DNA of 64,000 nt from positions 2,708,578 through 2,772,577 of the forward strand of contig CP136572.1 in assembly GCA_035193785.1 (NCBI GenBank), given 5' to 3'. This document shows positions 37,732 through 49,074 of the stretch, piece by piece. Both the position numbers and the translations under genes were made by a program. This DNA comes from Planktothrix sp. GU0601_MAG3 (GTDB lineage Bacteria > Cyanobacteriota > Cyanobacteriia > Cyanobacteriales > Microcoleaceae). How positions within the stretch are numbered: position 1 is the first letter of the stretch; the number at the start of each line of letters is the position of its first letter. The notes beneath the pieces are model-generated. The model saw only the letters and a program-made list of their open reading frames with translations. It was not told the origin of the DNA and did no database searches.

Positions 37732-38964
37732 TTATCTTAATATTAACAAAATTGTCTGAAATAACCCAATTACAACTCCTAAAATTCCCCCTAAATTAAC
37801 AATCGCCTGTAATTCACTTTTAACGATACCATTAATGGCAGCTTCCATATTTTCAGGAGAAGTTTCCTTGACTCGATTAATAATCACCTGTTCAATATTC
37901 AAAATCGGAATCACTTGAGCCATAATTTTTTCTATATCTCGTTCTAAATACCGTTCTAAAATTAAAGCTAATTCCTGACTGACTAATTCTAAAGATGTAT
38001 TCATCACAGGAGAACTTTGTAACCTTTTTAAAATCCAATTTGAAACATTATCCCAATCTATCGATTTACTTAACTCTTGAACTACATCAATACCCTGTTC
38101 TTGAACATAGGTTCTCACGGCATCTCCCATCGTTTTCCTTAACTGTTTTACGGTAGAAACAGGTAAATTTTGTAATGATATATTTTGTAACCACTCCTGT
38201 AGTCTTCCTCTTAATCCCAGGGATTTAATTAATGCGGCTAATCGTCGATTAGTTTCCTCCTTTTCATCTAAACAAAAAGTTCTTAAACGAGTTAAACTAT
38301 TGCGTAATCCCAATAAATTTGCTACCACCCAATAGGTTCCACTGCTTTGTTCCCGGAATCCTTCATCAATAATTGAAATATTTTTATCCGTGAGGAAATC
38401 AATTAAAGCCTGTCGCAATATTTCCGGGGTTAATACTACCTCTAAAAGCCATTTAGATAACTGTTGTGATTGTTGATCATTTAATTGAAATTCTAATAAA
38501 ATTTGGTCAAAAATTTGGTTAATTTGAGGAGCCAAAAATTCATCTTTTCTGGCTAAAATCTTTAAAATTCTAGGTAAAGACTCTCCAATAAAATCGCGTA
38601 AAATTCCCGCTAAAATCTTAGCGGTTTTTGGTTCTGTATCCGCTTTAATTTGATCTAAAGCCAGTCTGAGAAACCAACTAATTGCGGCTTGCATCCGTTC
38701 AGTTTCGAGCAAACGACGCGCTAATTTTTGTAATTCTTCGGGAGTCAATAAAGACCCCATGATGGTATCAGAAATTCGTTTAGCCAAACGCTCTTGATTT
38801 CTGGGGATCAAACCAGGCGTAAACGGAACCCTTCGGCCATAAATCTGTATAGATCTATAGGGACGAAATAACATTTTAATTGCTAAATCATTGGTAAAAT
38901 AGCCAATAATTCCACCCACTATCGGAGGTGTGATTAAAACCCACTGTTCATAAAAATTGACCAT
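37732..38964 (-). CDS. DUF445 family membrane protein
   Basis: [39 protein letters not shown]. Confidence 0.9.
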   Translation of the reverse strand: MVNFYEQWVLITPPIVGGIIGYFTNDLAIKMLFRPYRSIQIYGRRVPFTPGLIPRNQERLAKRISDTIMGSLLTPEELQKLARRLLETERMQAAISWFLRLALDQIKADTEPKTAKILAGILRDFIGESLPRILKILARKDEFLAPQINQIFDQILLEFQLNDQQSQQLSKWLLEVVLTPEILRQALIDFLTDKNISIIDEGFREQSSGTYWVVANLLGLRNSLTRLRTFCLDEKEETNRRLAALIKSLGLRGRLQEWLQNISLQNLPVSTVKQLRKTMGDAVRTYVQEQGIDVVQELSKSIDWDNVSNWILKRLQSSPVMNTSLELVSQELALILERYLERDIEKIMAQVIPILNIEQVIINRVKETSPENMEAAINGIVKSELQAIVNLGGILGVVIGLFQTILLILR

Positions 38965-39725
38965 TATTATCGTAGCAGCCCACTAGGAAACCATTTGATG
39001 CACTATTACCTATTGCGATGTTCCCTTTAGTTATTACTAATACCCCCATCATACCGCCGACAATTGGATAATGTGTGGCGGTTGAAAAGCCCGCCTGCTG
39101 GGCTAACCGAACTTGTTCTGTGCCGATTGGGAATTGATCTAAACTGGGGTTGATATAGGCATATTCTTCTCGAAACCCGAATTGTTCAGCCGTCCGAATC
39201 ACAAACTGCTGTAAATACCACTGTTGAAAAGTACGCAGGAGGGAAACTCGAAGGACGGTGAAAATCCAAAATCGCAGCCTTCGCCCCGGGTTTGAGTACC
39301 CGATGGAGTTCTTGGAGACTGCGGGGAATATCCACAACATTCCGTAAACCATAGCCCATGGTGGCACAGTCAAAGGTGTTGTCTGAAAACGGCAATTCTA
39401 ATACATCCGCTTCTCTCCAAGAGATCTCCGCCGTTGGAATGGTAAAAGGTCGGGGTCGGTGCTGGGCAATTTTTAGTTGACAACTGGAAAAATCGACCCC
39501 AAACACCTGTCCTGACTCTCCCACCTGTTGTGCTAATAACAGTGCTAAATCTCCACTCCCGCAACATAAATCCAAGGCGGTGTCCCCTGGTTTGGCCCCG
39601 CTCCAGCCCACGGCCATTTTTTTCCAAATCCGATGTTGTCCCCAACTTAACCCATCATTTAACTGATCGTAGACCGGGGCGATGCGATTGAAAATCCCTT
39701 GAATCGAGTTATTTTGCTTAACCAT
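38948..39725 (-). CDS. menG: UbiE/MenG-family quinone methyltransferase (apparent error near 39243-39247; 3' end uncertain)
   Basis: [34 protein letters not shown]. Confidence 0.88.
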
Positions 39726-39789
39726 TCCTCTAGTCACCTCTTACCTGTTAACTGTTGCAGTGTTCCCTTCTTCAAATTAAGTTTAGAGA

Positions 39790-40731
39790 TTAATGCCCCA
39801 GACTAATTAAGGCTAAAGCGATTTGTTGAGCGACTAAATGAACCGTTGTCAAATCATCGGGACTCATCTGACAAGGCTGTTTCCATTGTACCGATAATAG
39901 ACCAATGAGTTGCTCCCGATAGATAATGGGGATATTGATATGGGCTTGAATACCCGAACTTTGATAATGGGCTAGGGTGGCTAAGTCGGGATCACTGGTA
40001 ATATTAATTGATGCTTGTACCGTTCCGGTAGTTATGGTTTCCTGAACTAAGGGATCAATCTCTAACCAGTTTTCCACAACACCCGTGGAACTATAATGAC
40101 CTTCTATAGAATTTAAGCGATTGTCTTTAATTTCTTGCAAAATGCAAACATCCGCCCGGAATTGGGAGGCGATCGCAGCACATAGGGTAGTGAATAAACT
40201 TTCTGGGGTCGTCGCTACTTGGGCGGCTTCCATAATCGTCGCTAACAGTTGGGTTTGAGCCTGAGCGCGATTCAGTTCTGCGGTGCGTTGGTTCAGCAAT
40301 TCATAGGTTTGGGCTGCTCTTTCTACAACGACTTTGAGTTCATTGGGATCCCAGGGCTTGGTAATATATTTGTAGACCTGTCCCGAATTGATGGCATCCA
40401 CCAAGTCCTCAATATCTGTAAACCCGGTCAAAATAATTCGCACGGTATTCGGGAACTCCGGTACAGTTTTGCTGAGAAACTCTGTACCTTTCATTTCTGG
40501 CATTCGTTGGTCGGAGATAATCACCGCCACTTCTCCTTCGGCCGCCAAAATTTCTAAAGCCTGACCCCCGCTTTCCGCCTTAAATACATTAAAGTTACGT
40601 CGAAATGTACGATAGAGCAGATCTAAATTATCCGGCTCATCGTCAACAACCAACATCTTAGGCTTTTTGGGTCTCTGATGATTCATGAGTTGGCGCTTAA
40701 CATTTTCTAGTTGGGGAATTTCAACTTCCAT
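39790..40731 (-). CDS. Response regulator (receiver plus C-terminal GAF domain)
   Basis: LVVDDE, IISDQRMP, ILTG, YITKPW; GAF-like end IPIIYREQLIGLLSVQ. Confidence 0.88.
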   Translation of the reverse strand: MEVEIPQLENVKRQLMNHQRPKKPKMLVVDDEPDNLDLLYRTFRRNFNVFKAESGGQALEILAAEGEVAVIISDQRMPEMKGTEFLSKTVPEFPNTVRIILTGFTDIEDLVDAINSGQVYKYITKPWDPNELKVVVERAAQTYELLNQRTAELNRAQAQTQLLATIMEAAQVATTPESLFTTLCAAIASQFRADVCILQEIKDNRLNSIEGHYSSTGVVENWLEIDPLVQETITTGTVQASINITSDPDLATLAHYQSSGIQAHINIPIIYREQLIGLLSVQWKQPCQMSPDDLTTVHLVAQQIALALISLGH

Positions 40732-40818
40732 CTATACCGATACTTTTTGAAGAACGTTTAATCAATGTCAGGCACGGAGGCCCATTGCTTTCAGGGCGTC
40801 GCTGCTACCTACCTATTT

Positions 40819-43248
40819 GTTAGAGTCGATAGGAGCGTTACCACTCCTACCTCTCCTTCAGAAACCGTGCGTGAGACTTTTACCTCACACGGCTCCTTGA
40901 TAACTCCATCCTTGTTACGGATACGATTCAAAACGGGTTATTTTCATAATTCTCAACTGTTTTTAGTTAGAGAACCATCATTAGTCGTTTTTGTGTCGTG
41001 ACAATGTTTGTGTAGAAGTTGAAGGTTATCGTAGGTATCTTTGCCACCTAACGATTTAGGTTTAATATGATCAACTTCCATAATATCTGTACTTGAAAAA
41101 TACAGACCGCAGTGAGGACAAATACCCTTTTGACGTTTAATTAATTTAGAAACTCTTGAGGGAGTTCCGGGGTATTCTTCTCGTCGTTTACTCCAGTAAA
41201 TCCAGTCTCCATTGAACGGACTAGCTTCGCCCTTAACCTTTGTATGCCTGACGATTGGCGTGCTGTTATGGGTGGTTAATTCTATTCCGTCCTCTGTACT
41301 GAAACACCAATTCTTGTCATCTACTGTTCTCCAGTATTTGTTTTTATTGATGCTCCCTTTTCCCCTCGTTCTTGCCCAAGCTCTTAACTTCTCGTAGGTT
41401 AGATGGTCAACTTTTGAGAAAGTCTCTTTACTAACTGCTGTAGAATAATAGTTTGACCATCCTCTAATAATTGGATTCAGCCTACTAATTAAAGCAGCTT
41501 GTGGGGTGGTCTTGTGAGAATCTATTACTTCAGCTATTTTGACAAGATGAGTTTTAATTTTGGCTTTTGAGGGTGTGATTAATGTATTAAAACCCAGTGG
41601 GATTCCTTTTCCATTTCTTGCACATCGGTAGTTACCTACTTTGTGCTGTTGAATATGGAACCCTAGGAACTCAAACCCAACGTTCCCCTCGATTTCATTG
41701 AGGGTGTGAGTTAGTTTTGTTTTACTTGGTTTTAATTCCAATCCCATGTCACTTAACCAGTCAGCGATTATTTCTTGACACTTTTTGACTACGTTTAAAT
41801 CCTCATGGATTATTACGAAATCATCAGCGTAACGGATTAGACTAAGAGCTTGACGATTTTTCGCTTTTTTCCCTTTTAGAGTTTCAGCGTATTGCTTAAC
41901 TCTTTCTTCCATACCATGTAGGGCAATATTCGCAAGTAAGGGTGAAATAACCCCGCCTTGTGGTGTACCATCATTGGTAGGAAAAAGTTCTTTCCCGTCC
42001 ATATACCCTGCTTTGAGCCATGCTCTAATTTGGCGGCTCATTGTGGGGTATGTGTGTATTTTGGAGATTAACGCTTTATGGTCTATGCGGTCAAAGCATT
42101 TTGAGATATCAGCATCAAGTACATATTTGGACTTGTATCTAATATTGTTAAATATTGCTTCTCTTGCATCGTGGCATGAACGTCCCGGTCTAAAACCGTA
42201 ACTGTTTGGCTCAAATTTAGCCTCCCATTCTGGTTCTAACGCTAGTTTTACTAACGCTTGCAATGCACGGTCGTTGATTGTGGGTATTCCTAATGGACGG
42301 GTTTCAGTTGTACCAGGTTTGGGAATATTAATTCTACGAGTTGGTCTTACCTTATTGGTTAACTTTAATCGTCCCACAAGATTCATACGTTGTTTTGGGG
42401 TCAGAGATTTAACTCCATCTACACCCGCCGTATTTCGTCCTTGGTTATCTTGTGTTACCCTGCGAACCGCAATACATTTTGCTGACCAGGAATTAATCAG
42501 GGTCTTTTGAAGTTTACGAACTGCTTTAACATCGCCTCGTTCACTCGCTCGAAATATGCGCTTTTGCAACTTGAAAGTTACCTTTTCCAGCTTGCGCCAA
42601 TTAAGGTCTTTCCATTCCACCGTCTGATTTTTGTTCAGCGTTTTAGACATTATTGCTACTTGTTCTATTTCTTTGGAATTACCGAGTATCTGTCAGCATA
42701 TCCTTGTTATTACAACAAGGCATTCGCTTTTGATACCATCCCTTCCCTAGATATCATTCGTTAGCTACTTACTGGATTTCGACCTCTCCAGAGATATAGG
42801 GGGATTACTTCGTTCCGATTACACATTTGTTTGAAGTCTTTAGCGTGATGCTATTCACCGGGTTTATTGGGCGGTGCTTATAAGTCGGCTAAAAAACCGC
42901 TTATGCCCTATCCTTGCCTTTTGGCTTGGTGTTGATCAATGTCTTGATTCAGCCATTACACCATTAAACATCACGATGATTCGGACACATCTTTGCTTAT
43001 GCTACGCATGGACTTCTTGCTCGATAGTTACTAAATTCGGCTTCTAGTAGTTCTACCTTTTAACCCCGCTTTAGCCTGATGGATGCTACCCATTCAAACT
43101 AGGGGTTATGCTTTCACCTCAGCACTTGAGGGATGGGACTTAATTCACAGAATTTCACCCATAAATGTAATCAGTTATCACCAGTCTTATTAACTGGGTT
43201 AACCGTCCCGTAAACCTTTTGGCTTACTTTGGGTTAAACGAATCGCAC
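40819..43248 (-). mobile_element. Group II intron, apparently full length (~2430 nt)
   Basis: 5' end GTGCG at 43248; domain V GAGCCGTGTGAGGTAAAAGTCTCACGCACGGTTT (40862-40895); domain VI hairpin ending CTCTAAC at 40819; encloses RT ORF. Confidence 0.93.
40953..42650 (-). CDS. ltrA: Group II intron reverse transcriptase/maturase with HNH endonuclease
   Basis: RPLGIPTINDR, GTPQGGVISPLLANI, RYADDF, LNPIIRGW (domain X), CPHC..EVDH..NLQLLHKHCH. Confidence 0.95.
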   Translation of the reverse strand: MSKTLNKNQTVEWKDLNWRKLEKVTFKLQKRIFRASERGDVKAVRKLQKTLINSWSAKCIAVRRVTQDNQGRNTAGVDGVKSLTPKQRMNLVGRLKLTNKVRPTRRINIPKPGTTETRPLGIPTINDRALQALVKLALEPEWEAKFEPNSYGFRPGRSCHDAREAIFNNIRYKSKYVLDADISKCFDRIDHKALISKIHTYPTMSRQIRAWLKAGYMDGKELFPTNDGTPQGGVISPLLANIALHGMEERVKQYAETLKGKKAKNRQALSLIRYADDFVIIHEDLNVVKKCQEIIADWLSDMGLELKPSKTKLTHTLNEIEGNVGFEFLGFHIQQHKVGNYRCARNGKGIPLGFNTLITPSKAKIKTHLVKIAEVIDSHKTTPQAALISRLNPIIRGWSNYYSTAVSKETFSKVDHLTYEKLRAWARTRGKGSINKNKYWRTVDDKNWCFSTEDGIELTTHNSTPIVRHTKVKGEASPFNGDWIYWSKRREEYPGTPSRVSKLIKRQKGICPHCGLYFSSTDIMEVDHIKPKSLGGKDTYDNLQLLHKHCHDTKTTNDGSLTKNS

Positions 43249-43372
43249 TTCAAGTGTGTTCGGGTGCAGACCGATAAATTTGCCCCTTTTTCTAAGTGGG
43301 ATATTAGTCGGTTAATCAATTATTGACCAGAATGCCCCTGCTAAGAGTTTATAGCAGGGGAGGACATTCCGG

Positions 43373-43901
43373 TTATAAAGAACCGAACCAAATTAACCCG
43401 CCACTGATTAACAGTACGATGATTAAAGCGATCTGCAAAAATTGATTGTCTTGAGTCTCGACCCCATCAAAATTATTGATAACCGACGGAAACCGGGGAC
43501 TTAGGAACAGACCGAACGGTCGCAACGGAATTGTTTTGAGATCGGGAATTTCCTTGGACATCCAGGTGGTTCAAATCGGGAATTTTTACAAATCCCTCTG
43601 GGTCAATATGGAGTTTAGGAGCTTCTAGGACTTCGAGTAAACGACGAGCCTGTTGACGGGTTTCGATATTCGGATGACGAGTCAACTGTTTGCATAGACC
43701 GAGGGCATCAGGCCTAAGACCGGAAGCTTCAAATGCTGTGACTAACCACATTTGGATCTCTCCACCCAGACGAGAATTGAGTTCCACAGCTTGACGAGCC
43801 TGTTCTAAATATTGAACCGACTCTCGATAACGCCCCTGTTCAAAGGCAAACTGACCCGCTTGATATGCAATTTTAACGCTGTCTAAGGGTTCTTGGGCCA
43901 C
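43373..43901 (-). CDS. TPR-like protein with C-terminal TM (apparent error near 43489-43493)
   Basis: AFEQGRYRESVQYLE..LGGEIQMWLVTA; C-terminal hydrophobic segment in shifted frame. Confidence 0.65.
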
Positions 43902-43913
43902 GGTTCTCCCTAT

Positions 43914-44273
43914 TTAAAACTCATCATAGTTGTTCCGAGGTGCACCTTCGTCATCCCGCTTAGAACCAAGTAACTCTAAGTCATCAACCCGAATTACAGG
44001 TTTTGATCGTTGAGTTCCAGTATTACGATCTTGCCAATACTCAAACTTTAACACTCCTTTAATCCCAATTAAACTGCCCTTACGGACATAGTTAGCCGCA
44101 ACTTCCGCCGTTTTTCCCCAAATTTCTAAGTTAAACCAATCGGGTTGATCCGTTTTTTTAGTCCGACGGTTAACTGCTAAGGTTAGATTACAGACGACAC
44201 TACCGGACTCAAAATATTTCACCTCCGGATCGCCACCAGCACGACCAACCAACGTAACAATATTTAGGCTCAT
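43914..44273 (-). CDS. ssb: Single-stranded DNA-binding protein
   Basis: NIVTLVGRAGGDPEVKYFESG, DWFNLEIWGKTAE, acidic YDEF tail. Confidence 0.95.
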   Translation of the reverse strand: MSLNIVTLVGRAGGDPEVKYFESGSVVCNLTLAVNRRTKKTDQPDWFNLEIWGKTAEVAANYVRKGSLIGIKGVLKFEYWQDRNTGTQRSKPVIRVDDLELLGSKRDDEGAPRNNYDEF

Positions 44274-44679
44274 AGGAAAATAATCATGGAATAGTGGATA
44301 TCGAGGTTCTTCAGACCTCGGAGGAAACACAAGGAGCATGGGAACTAAATCCTTTATATTTTTAAATTAATAGCACAATTGCCGACACCCACCCTACTAA
44401 CCGCAGCTATGGCGAAGGCTATACTACTGGTGTCTTTTCGGGGAACTGGCTGGGAATTTATTTCTCCTTACTTATTTTTTGTCGGTTTTGTGTCTGGAGT
44501 GCTATTATTGTCACAGGTTTTTAAATTGAGCATAATTAAACAACCTAAAAACTTAACCAATTTAGTTAAGTGCGGAGTTACACCTAACCGTGTTGCTGTT
44601 TAAGAAAGCTAAATTTGAACAAAAACCTAGTTACAAATTAACAACGACTCTTCAACCTAGATCTGGGTTCTCGATCAAT

Positions 44680-46702
44680 GTGAGTTATTGCCTTAATCCT
44701 AAGTGTCCAAATCCAACTGATCCAGCAAATGAGAATCGGAGCACTTGTTGTCAATGTGGCTCAGAACTTTTGCTGGAAGGGCGGTATCGTGTGATTAAAC
44801 AACTTGGAGGAGGAGGTTTTGGTAAAACATTTGAAATTGATGATCAAGGCAAATGTAAAGTTGTAAAAGTTTTATTAAAAAATCATCCTAAAGCTGTCGC
44901 TTTGTTCAAACAAGAAGCGAAAGTTTTGAGTCAGCTTAATCATCCAGGAATTCCTAAAGTTGATCCCGATGGCTATTTTACCTATCTTCCCAAGGGGAGT
45001 GACGAAGCCCTTCACTGTTTAGTGATGGAAAAAATTGAAGGGCTAAATTTACAAGACTGGATGAAGGAACGAAAAAAAGAACCCATCAGTCAAGAACACG
45101 CTTTGGAATGGTTAAGACAACTAACTGAGATCCTGGAGCAAGTTCATAATTTGCAATACTTCCATCGGGATATTAAACCTCAAAATATTATGAGGAAACC
45201 CAATGGACAATTAGTATTAATTGATTTTGGCACCGCCCGGGAAGTTTCAGGAACCTATATCGCTAAGGTAGAAACAGGGGCAAAATGTAACTGGGATTGT
45301 TTCCCCCGGATATACACCCCCAGAACAAACGAATGGGAAAGCTGTTCCCCAATCCGATTTTTTTGCCCTGGGACGAACTTTTATTTATTTGTTAACGGGA
45401 AAACCTCCCACTGCTTATCCAGAAAATCCTCGCACTGGAAAGTTATTATGGCGAAAAGGCGCACCCAATCTTTCTGATCAATTTGCGGCAACTATTGATT
45501 ATTTGATGGCTCCTTTTCCCGGTAATCGCCCCCAAACTCCGCAAGCAATCTTGCAGTGTTTAAAAGATATTCAACCTCTAGGGGAGGAAAAAGAAGCTCC
45601 CCCACCTACCCCCACGGACAAAAAGCAGGTCAAGAAAAATTGGAATAGTGGGTTTAATTTTTCTATTCCTAAACTTACATTTCCTAAAATTCAGCTTAAA
45701 TATTTCTGGATTTTTGGAACATCCTTAATGGTATTGACCGGAATTTATACACAAATTGATGGCTATGTCCGTTATGGATTTATTCCGGCTAATCCAATTT
45801 TAATTTTAAAAGGATTGCCGGGCAGTATTTTTTTAGATAGATACGAACGAGCCGTTGGTGAAATTTATGCTATTGTTATTGGCCCCGATAATAAAAGCCT
45901 AGCTGTGGGGAGTTTTGGGGCAATTACAATTTGGGATTTAACCACAGATACAGATGTCAAGCCACGAATAGTTCGAGCCCATTCGAGTTGGGTTAAAGCC
46001 TTGGCTATTAGTCCCGATGGGAAAATTATAGCCAGTGGCAGTAATGATAAAACCATTCGTCTCTGGGGTTTGAAGAATGGAAATAGAATCCGAACAATTG
46101 AAGGACATACTGAAGGTGTAAATATAGTTGTTTTTAGTCCTGACGGTCAGACCCTAGCCAGTGGTAGTGACGATAAAACTATTCTTATTTCACCCCTCAA
46201 CACCGGGTCTCGACAATTCAGATTCACGGGTCACGAAGGAGCAATTCGCTCCCTTGCATTTAGTCCTGACGGTCAAACCCTAGCCAGTGGCAGTGACGAT
46301 AAAACTATTCGGTTATGGAATTTGGAAACGGGAACTCGCAGGCGGAGTATCTCAGGGAATAACAGTGGTATCAATGCCCTGGTTTATCATCCTGATGGCA
46401 AAACTTTAATTAGTGCCGGTGATGATGGCAGTATTCGGTTGTGGAACCCCAATACGGGAGAACAAAAAGCGGTCTGGAAAGCTAATAATAATCCGGTGAA
46501 ATCCTTGGCAATTACTAAGGATGGGAAAACCCTTGTGAGTGGGGGTGATAGTGTGATTGTTTGGGATCTAAGAACGGGTAGAAAACGGGTAACTTTGTGG
46601 GGTCATGATAAACCTATTAATGCCTTAGCTGTCAGTTCAAATGGCAAAATTATCGTTAGTGGCGGTGAAGATAAAACCATTAAAATTTGGCAAATGCCTT
46701 AA
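44680..46702 (+). CDS. Ser/Thr protein kinase with N-terminal 4-Cys prefix and WD40 repeats (apparent error near 45271-45275)
   Basis: YCLNPKC, LGGGGFGKT, HRDIKPQN, LIDFG; repeated GH..LASGSDDKTIRLW. Confidence 0.92.
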
Positions 46703-46842
46703 TCAGTTATCAGTTATCAGTTATTAGTTATCAGTGATCAGTCATCAGTTATTAAGTCATCAGTTATTGAGTTATTGAATTATTAGTTATTAGTTATTAG
46801 TTATTGAGTTATTAGTTATTGAGTTATTAGTTATCAGTTATT
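46703..46842. repeat. Long degenerate STRR heptamer tract
   Basis: About 20 TTATCAG/TTATTAG/TTATTGAG units; complementary ACTGATA units at 46929-46950. Confidence 0.85.
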
Positions 46843-46962
46843 GGTAAAAAAAAGAAGTTGCCAGTCGAGAATTAACTCTTAACTTGTAGAAACCGACCAT
46901 GGTCGGTCTCTACAATCTTAACTCCCACACTGATAACTGATAACTGATAACCGTTAACTAAT

Positions 46963-48913
46963 TTAGAAGCGGAATTGAGTCCGCAAAGTGCCGACCACGA
47001 TTGTATTGTTGTTACTATTGTGATCGGGATTGGTTACGACATAAAAACCAGGAGTAATGGCGATGTAGTCGTTGAGAGGATAGCGGTAGAAACCTTCAAT
47101 GTGAATGGAGGTATCTTTATCTTCTAAAGCACCAATATCATGGCTGGTTACTTGAGGAGGCATACCGACAATTAAGCCACCTAAACCACCTTCTTTCAGG
47201 ACGTCGGGGAAGGCTAAAGAAACAGCCCAGTTAATAATGGTCGCACTGTTATCACCACCATTCTTCTGGTTAGCCCAGGTGGAAACCAAACCAGCCACCC
47301 AACTCAAAGTTCTTGGAAATGCGCCAGTTGGCTTGCAAACCTACGTTTTCGCTGGTTGTTGCATTATCACCAAAGGGTTTATCAGCAATCCAACTACCCG
47401 TTCCCCCGGAGACGAACACACTACCATTAGTAAAGTAACGGTGGTTATACTCCAAACCGACACCAATATTAGGATTGGGTTTGAACACCAATTGTAGACC
47501 CGTACTGTAGCCGCCATTGAAGATACCATTTCCTTCGTCGGCAAATTCGGCTCGGTCAGTAACGTAGCCTAAATTGAGTTTAACCTTGTCACTGAAGGCA
47601 TATTTCAAGCCCACACCCGTTCCTTGAGGCCCCCGGAAGGTGGTCGGGTTATAGCGACCAAAGCGAGAGAGTGCTCCATCTCCAGAACCACCGAAGGGGG
47701 TTACATAGTCATAGATGTCGTCATTGTCAAGACCCTTAGCCCCAATGTAGACCTGGCCTTTGGCATTGGCGACGGGGAAGCGATAGTACAACTCATCTAA
47801 AATGACACCATTGTTCACACCATCGATGGAGGTACGACTCATCAAGGTGTTGGTGATGTTGAAGGCAGACAGGTTAGGAATAGATTGAGCTTGTAAACGA
47901 GTTCTCAATAAATCCTGGCCCGTGAAGCTAGTATCAAAGTTCAAACGGGCGCGGTAGCCAAAATAGGCTTCCGTAGGGTCATCGCTTTCATGGGCAAACT
48001 GACCCACAACGTTATTTGTTGCTCGATCTCCAACCGCATCGCCACCCCAGAAGATAACCTCTCCACGGAGTTTGGTGGTAGTAGAGAACTGATTGGCTTC
48101 TAATTCGGCGGTTCTAGCTTCTAAGGCATAAACACGACCGCGCAGAGTGGCTAATTCCGCGGCAAATTCTTCTTGTAACCGTTGTAGAACGGCTAAATCT
48201 TCCCGGGTGACCAAATTGGCTACGGATGCCGCAATTAGTTCGTTAACCCGCTCTAAACAGGCATTTAAACCAGCCGCAAACTCAAAACGAGTCATGGCGC
48301 GGTTGCCTTTGAAGGTTCCATCGGGATAACCCGCGATACAACCATAGCGTTCAACTAAGGACTGCAAAGCCTGAAATGCCCAGTCCGTGGGTTGAACGTC
48401 GGATAATTGAGAAACTGAAGTCACCTGCTCCAGAGCATCGGTGGCTTCAGCATATTCGTTAATTTTTTCTAAGCCGGAGGCATTGGTTTCGCTCGGCTCG
48501 GTCGATGACATCTGAGCCACTTGGAACTCAGAAGCTTGAGCAGTTTGTAGTGGGGCCGAAGCCTCTGAAGTTGGGCTGTTTAACTGTTGAGCCGTGGCAA
48601 CAGTCTGCGGTTCGTTCCCGTTTGTCGCCTCACCATTGACTAAATTGGTGGCTTCAACCGGAACATCAGGAGTCAAAGACAGGGCGAGTTGCTCTGTGGA
48701 TGACTCGGAATTGGCTTGATCTTGCAACTGAGTATTCTGTCCAGTGGTCGGAACTGCACGGGCAGTTGCGACGGTGACGGTTGCCATATCTGTAGCATTT
48801 GCCAATTTCTCCGATGGAGCCTCAGTTGCTAAGGCTGCATTAGTTAAGAGAATAGCTGCTCCCAGAATGCCTGGACTATGCTTTAGAGTGTTCAATAAAA
48901 CTTTGTTCATCAT
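46963..48913 (-). CDS. Cyanobacterial SLH-OprB outer-membrane porin (apparent error near 47282-47286)
   Basis: QVTSVSQLSDVQPTDWAFQALQSLVERYGCIAGYP, FSTTTKL, C-terminal GTLRTQFRF. Confidence 0.93.
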
Positions 48914-49074
48914 CTCAATTCTCACACCGACACTTAAAATACCACAAAGCAAGGGAGTCCCAAGCTCGACTTAACCAATAGTATCATATCTTAACTAGAG
49001 TTTTTCGGTGCGTCTAGTGGGGGAACAAAAGTTAAGACTGGTTTTTTACCTGATTAAATCGATATAACCCTGAC

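Noticed and set aside
40795..40818. SRP RNA suggested by GGTAGCAGC
   Set aside because: The TCAGG..GGAA helix 8 context is missing.
40953..42650. Retron, DGR or defence reverse transcriptase
   Set aside because: Domain X, HNH and flanking GTGCG and domain V/VI identify an ordinary group II intron protein.
49025..49060. Pho box upstream of the porin
   Set aside because: Only two of three 8-mers fit the consensus; too weak to call.
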